Positions 52,651 to 61,934 of a DNA stretch of 64,000 nucleotides are shown piece by piece. The stretch is from Nemertoderma westbladi. Its lineage: Eukaryota; Animalia; Xenacoelomorpha. Where the stretch lies: assembly GCA_032718475.1 (NCBI GenBank), contig JAUCBJ010002429.1:1-64000 (forward strand). The letters run 5' to 3'. The position numbers and the translations under genes are program-made. The notes below the pieces were generated by a model. It had not been told where the DNA came from, did not search any database, and saw only the letters and a program-made list of their open reading frames with translations. Within the stretch, counting starts at the first letter, position 1. Every line of letters starts with the position of its first letter.

Positions 52651-54172
52651 CGTCACTAACACTTACGTTGACAGGATAGTGAACCTAACTAGATCATGGA
52701 CTGACGCGTGCCGCAAGTTAGCATGGCTCAAACGATTGAGACAATATGCCAGAGGCAAACGCGACTTTCCTAGAAGACTTACCTTAAAGGAAATTGGCCA
52801 CTGTGAAGTTGATATCATTAGACATTATCAATTGCGATATTTCGCACGAGAGTTCACAGCGATCAAACAAGGTAAACAGATTAAGTCTTCACCGATTTTG
52901 AGTTGGAGTCCGATTATTTACCGGGGCTTACTTTGTCACAAGTCCAGACTCCAAAACATCGACTTTGCACTTGACTTTAGGTATCCTATCATCATACCGC
53001 AACACCATGAGTTACAGCGCGCTATGATACTGGACGCACATGTACAACTCAAACACGTAGGTAGACACCACTGTCTATCACACTTACGTTCGAGGTTTGT
53101 ACTGATTAGACCTAGTAAGGCACTGAGTTCGGTAACACGGAACTGTATTATTTGTAAGAAGGTGCACGCGAGGATAGGACACCAAGAAATGAGTGAACTA
53201 CCACTAGCTAGATTACAGGCGTTTAGACCCCCTTTCACTGAGACAGGGATAGACTGTTTTGGACCCATAATCGCGAAACGCGGAAGGGTACAGGTAAAAC
53301 GTTGGGGATTGATCTTCACTTGCATGGCCAGCAGAGCTGTCCATATAGAGCGAGTGACAGACTTGACCACCAATGCCTTTATCCTAGCCTTACGGCAATT
53401 TATCGCTAGACGTGGATTGGTCAAATCCATATACTGCGACCAAGGGACAAACTTTGTGGGTGCACGGAACGAGATAACCAGAGCTTTGAGAAAATTGGAC
53501 CAAAACCAGATTTCCGAGGAACTACGTCCTCACCGTATTGTTTGGTTTTTCAATACTCCAGACAGTCCGTGGAGAGGCGGCGTTTGGGAAAGGTTGATTG
53601 GCTCAATAAAGACAGCTATGGCTAAAGTCGTACCGACGCAACACATCTTGACAGACGACCAACTAACGACGTTACTAATAGAAATTGAAGCAATCTTAAA
53701 TACTAGACCGATCGCTTTGATCCCAGACAATAACGACGTACAGTTTGCCTTGACACCAGCGCACCTGCTTATGCAGGCGCCGATGACATTGTTGCCCATT
53801 TCGGTACCCGTTGATGGTGACGGATACGGCAACAAGGCTTGGAAAATCACTCAATTGCTTGCAAATAAATTCTGGGAAATATGGCAGAAATATTATTTGC
53901 CCTCTATTTCGACCAGAACCTCTTGGTATCTAAATACCCGATGTTTAAGACGTGGTGACCATGTTTTATTAGCTGAAGCCAATCTGAAAAGACGGTTTTG
54001 GCTGACTGGAGTCATTTTGACCACGCACCCTACATCTGGTGTAGTGAGGACAGTTACTGTACGGACTATCGACGGACGTACTGTAGATAGGCCTGTACAA
54101 TGTCTCGTGCTCCTTGAGGAGACTAGAAACGAGACGGGAGACTACAAATCTCCACCCAATATTAGTAAATAG
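52595..54172 (+). CDS. BEL/Pao integrase (HHCC zinc finger, DDE core, C-terminal domain), +1 frameshifted relative to RT/RNase H
   Basis: H..LKH.G...CIIC; GIDCFGP; IYCDQGTNF; GGVWERLIG; IEAILNTRP; LTPAHLL; FWEIWQKYYL. Confidence 0.95.
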   Translation: MGLPSPDKYTHYDYTLPDDVTNTYVDRIVNLTRSWTDACRKLAWLKRLRQYARGKRDFPRRLTLKEIGHCEVDIIRHYQLRYFAREFTAIKQGKQIKSSPILSWSPIIYRGLLCHKSRLQNIDFALDFRYPIIIPQHHELQRAMILDAHVQLKHVGRHHCLSHLRSRFVLIRPSKALSSVTRNCIICKKVHARIGHQEMSELPLARLQAFRPPFTETGIDCFGPIIAKRGRVQVKRWGLIFTCMASRAVHIERVTDLTTNAFILALRQFIARRGLVKSIYCDQGTNFVGARNEITRALRKLDQNQISEELRPHRIVWFFNTPDSPWRGGVWERLIGSIKTAMAKVVPTQHILTDDQLTTLLIEIEAILNTRPIALIPDNNDVQFALTPAHLLMQAPMTLLPISVPVDGDGYGNKAWKITQLLANKFWEIWQKYYLPSISTRTSWYLNTRCLRRGDHVLLAEANLKRRFWLTGVILTTHPTSGVVRTVTVRTIDGRTVDRPVQCLVLLEETRNETGDYKSPPNISK

Positions 54173-54979
54173 ATGTGGGACCTTTGTTGGCCGCCACATA
54201 GACCTACTGTATTTTAGTTATTTGTATTTGTATTACTGTACGTGCATTTGTAATCCTCTTCACTGTAGATAGAGACAGCGGTGGAATTCCATTGTCTTTA
54301 TACGTGAACATGGAGGGTAGTACCCTTATGTATCACATAGGAGCGGGATTGTGTGTACAGTAGGAATGGAATTCCACTTGGAACCCACAAGTGAGACAAT
54401 TTTCAAAAATTATTAGACAAATCCATTTATTTGGATTTAAATTTAAGAAAACGATTCTCCAGTGAAAGCAAATTCTAGAATACAGCTAGATAAAATTAAA
54501 ATTGGGGAGGACAAGAGCGGATGGAAGGCTTGCGAGCCTACCGATAAATTTTTTTTGGAAAAAGAAAATCGGCCTTGTTCTACGTAGTCGTGTCTACTAT
54601 TATTTAGACCAATTAATTCTCGACTGCACTATTTTTCTTGGGAAACGTAGTTTGGGAAATTAAAAGGTGAGTATTTTAGACTCGCGGCTAGTTTACCCGG
54701 AATTCGTTTTTTATCGGCACATTTTTTGGATTAGGAGCCAGTGCGAAATCACGCGAACCCGAAGTCATTAGGCAAATGGGTTGGGGTTTAGAGCAGAGTT
54801 GAGCCAAAAGCCGACAAACTCTAAGTCACCTCACATCTAACCTCTATTTTGTGCTTCATCTAGTAGAAACGTAACGATATGTAACCGCATATATTCATAT
54901 ACGATGGCGGAGAAGATGTATAAAGAGTTACGTCAAGGGTTTACGCAAGAACAAGAGCACCAGGCGCCATTCAATCGTT

Positions 54980-57880
54980 ATGGTATCGATTAGTGTGTTT
55001 GGAGTGGAGAGTATGGCTAGGAGTACGGCCAAGCTCGCTAAATCCAAGGCGGACCCGAATGTTACGCGACAGCGGTTGGACGCATACAACAAAAGAACGG
55101 AGGAATTACGCGCGGAATACAATGCGTTATATCCCTACGATGCGTTATGCGACGCTAGCGACATTTGCGAGGATCCAGACACCGAAATACGCCGATTGTA
55201 TCATACGCTGCAATATTTGACGGTAAACGAACTCTTACCTGCAGCTAGAGACGAATTTGAAGGAATGCATCTTTATAGACGCGCTCGAGGAGCGGATCCA
55301 GAGACCAAGGACGCGTTTTCCGTATACAAACTGTTTTATAAATGTGGAGCGTGTATGCGCGAGCAAGACAACGCGATTCCTATGCGGTTGAACTCGGAGA
55401 ACCCCGAGCCGATATTAGCGCGATGTTCACACCACCAAAGTCTACGTTACCAAGAAGGCGGATACCCTTTGACAAATCCGTATCATTCATTTAAGATGAG
55501 TGGACCGAACGCGGGTGAGATCGTTATTTACGAACCTAAATTAGTCGAACCAGACGTCTACAGCATGGTAGTGGACGAGTCTAATAAGTCGACACAAGAG
55601 AAACGGGAAGCTTTGAGCCTCTACAGGGCGTACAAGGCGTACGAGAAAGGTGAGATCGAGGAGTTCGGCGGAAGGCTCGCGAGCCTACCATTCTATTGGA
55701 TATCCCACGATCAAACCGAACCCAAGGAGATGACACCCGAGCTCTTCGATAGTATCACCTTTGCTCAGCGTTTGTCGCAGAGACTACAGATACCTCATGT
55801 CGAGATGACGCGAGAACCTCAACCCCATTCTACTGGAGCGATAGTACCGGTTGCGAGACCAACTAGTTTTCCTATTAGTATACCGACCCGGAAGGAGACA
55901 ACTTACGAGATCCCTATAGTTGAACACCCGGAGATCATCTCGAACCTGGATTTCCTCCCATCGGTTACCTTCGGTGATGTGTTAGAATCAACCGAGTTGC
56001 GTAAAGTAATAGTTCAAAAAATCGTACGCAACGTGCCTCCACATATCACGGACTTTAAGGAAGTGGATCGCGCGGGGACGGATATCGCACCTTGTATCTT
56101 GCGAGGATATCTGACGAAAACGATTCGATTATGGATCGGAGTTGGGACGTTTGAGACCGACACCGATATCGCGACCAATTGGACCGGTAAACCTATTAGT
56201 TTCGATGACGAAAAGTCGATCGGGAGAATTTGGAAACCTACCGACGATTTACTCGACGATTGGGACGTGACTAGCCGATCTCTGAAAGAGAATGGATATA
56301 TGTTTTATGATAATGAAGGAGGAAGCCATCAGCAAAGCCTCACTTCAAAGACTATACAGATTAGAGCACCAGATGGCGTGTTACATGTCTTCAGCCGACA
56401 GAGGAGTGATAGGAAGATGCCTATGCCGGAAGGAACGACGCAAAGACACGCGATGATAAAACGGATAGTTAAATCCATGGACCTGGCTTGTAGCATAGAA
56501 GCTAGGATGTTGCCAAAGGCCGTGCGAGACGTTGTGTTGGATAAGAGCATCGTCAAGATCGGATCCGGTGTACGGGATGACCTCATTAGCGACTTTGCAG
56601 GGATGCCCACGGAAGAGGACCGATTGCCTACGCCATACGTGGATACTAGACCATTGTTGCTTTGGGCTATTGAGCAAGGATACTTTAGAGAGTATAACAC
56701 GCTAAAAACTGGAACGGGTTATATCTCATATCTGATGTTCAGTTGGGATTACAAGGAGAGTAAGAGGAACAAATACACGGACGTATACGGAGAGGGAGAT
56801 ACCCCCGGCGTAAACGAGTTTGATTCACAGTTGAAGTGGCGAGGTTGCGTGTATTGGGCGATTACTTCACCTCCGCGGATAATCTTACAATACTATTTAG
56901 CGATAGAATCTTCGGTTAACGTTTGTTTCATCGCGGACGTAGTATCCAGAACCTTAAAGCGACACCCGTTATGTCTTGGCGAAGGACATACCTTTTACGA
57001 TGGAGGAAGGACGCATACCGATGTATTCCGACGATTTCTCCAACCCTTTTATAACACCGATGCGCACTGCGAAGTTTTCACGCGAGCGGGACTTAGTGTT
57101 TTCAGGGACGTCTATCTCACTCACGCGGGAAGTCTAGTCGACAGACCGTCGATGTTAACGTTAGTACCCTATGACGGGGAACGCCACGCGGAATTCGAAC
57201 GCCCGGAAGGATCCTGGAAGGCTCGCGAGCCTACCGCCCATCATGACGATGTGGATCCGACCGAGTTGGCGCTAATAGACGAACCGTTACGGCAACTCAT
57301 AGAAATAGAGGAGAACCTTCCGAGGAAGATGCGAACTGAGATACGCGAGTTAGAGAAAAGCGATGCCATGGTTTGTGTACAACCTACGGAGACGAACATA
57401 CCGACTGACCCGGATGATGAGAATTATCACGTGGACGGTAGCGCTCGCCCCATCGGAGATCTCATCTATGAGCGAGTTTGGTATCCTGCCAACACTATTT
57501 GTGGCAGATGTGGAGCAACTGGCCATAACGCAAAGAAGTGCGGAGCGAAGCACATATCTCTACCGGATTTAGTATGCAACTGGTGCGGGGATCAACGTTC
57601 GCACACTTTCTACACTTGCTGGCGTTTCGTGGCGCAGTGTACTTATTGTAATATTAAGGGCCATAGGGCATCCGAATGTCAACTTAGAGACGTCCCCTAT
57701 GAGCACATGTCAGTTAAAATCGTTCGACAATTATTCGACCATTGGGAGGATCTAGCAGATGAGCATGTATCGACGCAGCGACGCCGCTTCCCTATGAGAG
57801 CACATTTGGGATTTTGGGCCGTAAACCCTCTCATAATGTCAAAGGAAGGATATGTATCGGCTATGCCTCAGTACAAATGA
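54980..57880 (+). CDS. Extra retrotransposon ORF3: DEDD-type 3'-5' exonuclease-like domain plus three CCHC zinc knuckles, 966 aa
   Basis: TIQIRAPDG.LHVF, LPKAVRDVVLDKSIVKIGSGVRDD, YVDTRP, LQYYLAIES resemble WRN/EXD2-type exonuclease motifs; knuckles at 57500-57541, 57575-57619, 57638-57679. Confidence 0.7.
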   Translation: MVSISVFGVESMARSTAKLAKSKADPNVTRQRLDAYNKRTEELRAEYNALYPYDALCDASDICEDPDTEIRRLYHTLQYLTVNELLPAARDEFEGMHLYRRARGADPETKDAFSVYKLFYKCGACMREQDNAIPMRLNSENPEPILARCSHHQSLRYQEGGYPLTNPYHSFKMSGPNAGEIVIYEPKLVEPDVYSMVVDESNKSTQEKREALSLYRAYKAYEKGEIEEFGGRLASLPFYWISHDQTEPKEMTPELFDSITFAQRLSQRLQIPHVEMTREPQPHSTGAIVPVARPTSFPISIPTRKETTYEIPIVEHPEIISNLDFLPSVTFGDVLESTELRKVIVQKIVRNVPPHITDFKEVDRAGTDIAPCILRGYLTKTIRLWIGVGTFETDTDIATNWTGKPISFDDEKSIGRIWKPTDDLLDDWDVTSRSLKENGYMFYDNEGGSHQQSLTSKTIQIRAPDGVLHVFSRQRSDRKMPMPEGTTQRHAMIKRIVKSMDLACSIEARMLPKAVRDVVLDKSIVKIGSGVRDDLISDFAGMPTEEDRLPTPYVDTRPLLLWAIEQGYFREYNTLKTGTGYISYLMFSWDYKESKRNKYTDVYGEGDTPGVNEFDSQLKWRGCVYWAITSPPRIILQYYLAIESSVNVCFIADVVSRTLKRHPLCLGEGHTFYDGGRTHTDVFRRFLQPFYNTDAHCEVFTRAGLSVFRDVYLTHAGSLVDRPSMLTLVPYDGERHAEFERPEGSWKAREPTAHHDDVDPTELALIDEPLRQLIEIEENLPRKMRTEIRELEKSDAMVCVQPTETNIPTDPDDENYHVDGSARPIGDLIYERVWYPANTICGRCGATGHNAKKCGAKHISLPDLVCNWCGDQRSHTFYTCWRFVAQCTYCNIKGHRASECQLRDVPYEHMSVKIVRQLFDHWEDLADEHVSTQRRRFPMRAHLGFWAVNPLIMSKEGYVSAMPQYK

Positions 57881-58655
57881 ATTGTTGGAGTTATTGGATA
57901 TATTGCCGTTGGACAGTGGATTCAAAGTTGTGCGGGACTATTTCTTACAAGTGCACCCCGACAACAAGAATACTTGGAACTTTCAAACTGTGGTGAACAA
58001 GATTACCGCCGGAGAATTCGATAAACTGCGAGTTGAACAGCGGAATCGAGGAGCCTGGCATTCGATAGCTTGGGCATACCGGAGCGCATTTTATCACAAA
58101 CGCGTAACCTCGTGCATTCTGGACGAGACCGACGTTTTGCGTGAGACTGGCTTCAAGGCCACGCCGTTAGCGGAGAAGACGCGTCACCCACAGGATGATC
58201 AGCAATTTCGTATACTCAAAGCCCAGAAGGCCGGACAAGAGATTAAGAAGATAGTGAATGTCGCCGAGAGGACGACATCGAAGTCGCAAATCCGGATGAC
58301 TCGGGGCACGGTTTCCCTTGCTAGAGAACCACGCGGAGGGACAGGATACGCTTTGACTGAACCCATTAGGATTCAAACGACGTCAGAGAGCGAGGTGTCA
58401 ACGGACGGAACGGTCCTACCTTTTCGACTTCCTCCTAGCATTGTAGAAACTCGATCCGATGTTAAGCCAACAGTTGGAATCGGACGAGGATTTAGAGGAT
58501 TAAGCGCACGACGGATGTGCGAAACTCCCGTCGTCCCCTTTCCTAGCGTTTTGGAACCACCGACGACTCGACGCCGAAGTCCGAGCCCAGTTCGACCTCG
58601 ACCACCCCCCAATCGCACTAGAGGACGTGGACGAGCCCGTTCAGCGAAGGAATAG
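57852..58655 (+). CDS. ORF4, 267 aa, overlaps the end of ORF3 in the +1 frame (possibly its frameshifted C-terminus); basic Arg/Pro-rich tail
   Basis: Open frame overlapping ORF3 by 29 nt; ends RRRSPSPVRPRPPPNRTRGRGRARSAKE; no recognised domain. Confidence 0.5.
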   Translation: MYRLCLSTNELLELLDILPLDSGFKVVRDYFLQVHPDNKNTWNFQTVVNKITAGEFDKLRVEQRNRGAWHSIAWAYRSAFYHKRVTSCILDETDVLRETGFKATPLAEKTRHPQDDQQFRILKAQKAGQEIKKIVNVAERTTSKSQIRMTRGTVSLAREPRGGTGYALTEPIRIQTTSESEVSTDGTVLPFRLPPSIVETRSDVKPTVGIGRGFRGLSARRMCETPVVPFPSVLEPPTTRRRSPSPVRPRPPPNRTRGRGRARSAKE

Positions 58656-58689
58656 AAAGCGAGTGGAAGGAAGGCTTGCGAGCCTACCG

Positions 58690-58790
58690 ATTTGGATATT
58701 ATATTTGGATATTATATTTGGATATTTTATTTGGATATTATATTTGGATATTTTATTTGAATATTTATATTGGACATTATGTTTGAATGT
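58690..58790 (+). repeat. Short tandem TTTGGATATTAT(A) repeat bracketed by two copies of the 20-nt hairpin
   Basis: About 7 units of 12-13 bp between the hairpins at 58669 and 58819. Confidence 0.85.
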
Positions 58791-59304
58791 TGGGTTTGGA
58801 AGGAGCGAGATATGGAAAGGAAGGCTTGCGAGCCTACCGTTAGCAATTGGTGCTCAGGAGAAGATATCCAGACCAGCAGGACGAACTATTAGATCGTCAG
58901 GAGGACATTATTGAAAGTTATTAGCGCATTATGTTTATATTATATTTGGACTGATTTAATTTGGTGAAGGTTTATTATGTATATTTACAATATATAAAGA
59001 TTTATCGAAAGAGTTTGATTTATTTGTTTGATTTGTTTGATTTATTTGTTCTGATTTGTTTAATTTGCTTACCTTGATAACCGAAAGCCTTTTTTGTATT
59101 TTAGGCACTAAAGTTAATTCGTAAATTTGTATTTGTATGTACGATCGATTGTATTTACGCCGTATCTGCAATATTAAGTATGCAATAATTAGATAGTGAT
59201 TATATTTTATATTTTAGGCCCTACCAGTAAATTTAGAAATAGTTTGTAAATATTTTATATTTCGATTGGTGAAAACAGTCTTACTTACTGTTTTCATGGA
59301 GCGG

Positions 59305-61569
59305 TGATGAATTATTTCACTATAAGATAGCATTTGTAGTTTAACTTTAACGTAAAAACTTTCGAAAATCCGACGTATTTTGATTGAGTTACAGTAATAT
59401 AATATGCCTATTCATATTTGTACACATAAAACCCTTAGGTACTCTCGTGGCGTAGTGGTCAGATGGTTAAGGCGTTGGTTACATTACATAGGTTACGAGT
59501 TCGAATCCCAGTTGGGAAATTTGTATTTTGGGGCCATTTATTTTCGTTTGGTGCTAATTGGTAGGCCAATGAGAAGCGTACAACGTAGCGGATGATGAGC
59601 CAGGCCAATCATAGGGCATAAATTATCTTATTGCTCAAATGTGAGGCAGTGGAAAATTCTGTTAGGATTCCATGTCCCAGATTAGTGTAAGGGCCAGACT
59701 GCGTTGAACGATGAGCTGGGCCAATCATAGGGCACGAAGCACTTTATTGCTCAAATGTGAAGCTGTGGAAAATTCTGTTTAGTTTCCATGTGCGATATTT
59801 AGTATAAAAGGCCGGTTTGACTTCTTATCACTTCTTATCACCTTATAACCCCTTATAACGTTATTCAAAATTGTTATTAGTTTATTTTCGGTTTCTTGTT
59901 GAAACTTTATTTGATAAATCCTTTGTAAAACTGTAAATATACTGCAAATTCCTGAACATGTTTTCTTTTGGTCCAACTTTGGGACAGCCAAACATCAGGG
60001 AGATGGCAGCCTAGACCGTTAGGCCGTAAGCAACGCAGGGAAGAGATGTCCACAACACGCTAGCGCCCACATTGGATGGACCGCGCACCCCCTTTGCCCC
60101 TTCGAAATACTCCACTTGCCATGCAGCGCCCGCTTTGTGAGAAGGTAAGACTTTGTTCGACGCCCTTGCCCGCCGTAAGACCTATAGATCAGGGTAAGCG
60201 TGACGCCGTACTGGACGCCGCAAATTTAGGATCAAATAATTATATTCAGACAGAAACACCCCCCCTTTGTCATGTCCTACGAACCCCTGGGTTAACCTGT
60301 ACTTCCTACAGGTGCGAACTATTGCCATTCGTCAGTACGCGAGTACATATTAGGTACGGACAGCATATGTTCCATAATTTAGTGATTCGTAGCACTGACT
60401 GTTTGGTACCGGTTCGCTTTGTAGAACGTACATTAGTACCCCCCCCCCCCCCTGTCTGGAGTTAGCTATTTGATCAGGCAAGGAGCATTTCTGCTACCGG
60501 CACACTGCTTGGCCTAGGGAGGTTTATTAATATCCTACCGCGCCTTGCCACGTACTGATAGGTATTGCTGCTAACTACCGCAGCAACAAAGTTCTAGAAT
60601 TAAATTAGTATACCAGATCAGCTAACGTACGGTAGCAATTAACCCCTATTCTTATCTTACAACCAGAATCTGGTATTAGTGCCGATCACGGGTGTAGTTA
60701 CTAACACCGTGGTTGCCCATTGGGTTGTGGATAGGAAGGAGAGAGCTTTGACGTCATTTGTGAGTATAAAGTTCTACAAAACACGACTAGTTTATTTTAG
60801 TAGCTAGCGCACGGTATCATTTAGTCAGAAAATCACTAAAACCTAGTAAAGGAATTACACGAAATTGTTTTATTTGTAACACACCCACACACACACGCCC
60901 TAAAACATATTGCCCTTAAAGTTCTACTAGCTATAGCGCACTATACATTACTTTAGGTGGAAATTATCTGTATTTGTAAAATTAGGATCTGATTTAGTTG
61001 CGGCAAGAGAGAGTATTTCATTTTCGTTATTAAACTGTTGTTTTCTGTCCAGCAGTTATTGTTACATTTAGGCCTGACCCTTTAGACTGATTTCGTACAG
61101 GGGGATCAGTTATCGTTACATTTAGGCACGACTTTAGGCTGATTTAGACAGGGGTAATCAGCATTGTTACACTAGGTCTGTTAACCACCTAGTTCGTATA
61201 TAAACCATATAAATCACACCGCGGCAAGTTACTGTATTTAGGACTGTCAGTGATAGTTAGGATTCGCTGCGCGGGGATTGTTTTCCCATGAGTTTGGTCT
61301 GTTACTGTAACTGTACATCTGCCTCACCGGTTAGAGGACAGGTATCCTTCTGTCTAGTACGTAGGCATTAGACCCGCTCACGTACATAAAATAGATACTA
61401 GGCTCTGTTCCTCGCCAGTAGTCGTTTGTGTATTGTATCTGTTTGTTTAGATATCCTGGACTGGGATTTGTTGTCAGATACTGTACGAGCCCGTATACAT
61501 TACTAGAGTCTCATAGTAAGATACATCGTTACTAGGATCTGGTAAGCGGTATACTACTGGACCCTTACA
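59305..61569 (+). repeat. 3' LTR, 2265 bp
   Basis: Direct repeat of 42946-45210, preceded by a short purine-rich GGAGCGG. Confidence 0.97.
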
Positions 61570-61934
61570 TCATCTGTATCTGATCTTTCAAACCGGGTTT
61601 ATATGGCTTCCAGCATTACCATCAAAAAGCCAACCTCTGCCCTCCTGCATCACGTTGACGTCGTGGTGTGACAGAGCTTTAAGACTGGACATTGAACAAA
61701 GGCTTGTAGGAAAAGTGTATCTTAATTGAAAATTTGGCAAGTCAGTGAGATCTGCATCCCATAAACCGAGTTACTAGCTAAGAACTAGCTAGATTCTGTA
61801 CTGCTGAACTGCACTACCGACTGCACTATCCAAATGCTGATACTGATAATTCTACTGCCTACTGGTACTGCTGTACTGTGTTCTGGCTGAACCCCGAAGC
61901 CTGAACGCTAACGCCCCTGCACTCATAGCTAGCT

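Larger units (their letters stand above)
42946..61569 (+). mobile_element. 18.6-kb BEL/Pao LTR retrotransposon with extra ORFs; gag-pol defective in this copy
   Basis: TG...CA LTRs, 5-bp TSD TCATC (42941-42945, 61570-61574), gag-RT-RNaseH-integrase order with BEL-specific motifs. Confidence 0.97.
41720..61767. mobile_element. Foldback/MITE-like element with ~520-bp inverted arms (41720-42240 vs 42640-42945 + 61575-61767), right arm split by the LTR element
   Basis: Left arm is the reverse complement of the rejoined right arm and has a single TCATC at the equivalent site. Confidence 0.85.

Noticed and set aside
46211-54199. Numerous antisense/alternate-frame ORFs over gag-pol
   Set aside because: Shadow ORFs of a GC-balanced coding strand; no independent evidence
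55605-55624. Possible 13th hairpin copy (GGGAAGCTTTGAGCCTCTAC); also GGAAGGACGCATACC near 57005
   Set aside because: Too degenerate; stem pairing is not preserved, so not counted
54980-57880. Envelope (env) gene
   Set aside because: Position fits env, but there is no signal peptide, transmembrane segment or fusion-protein Cys pattern; it has nucleic-acid-binding knuckles instead
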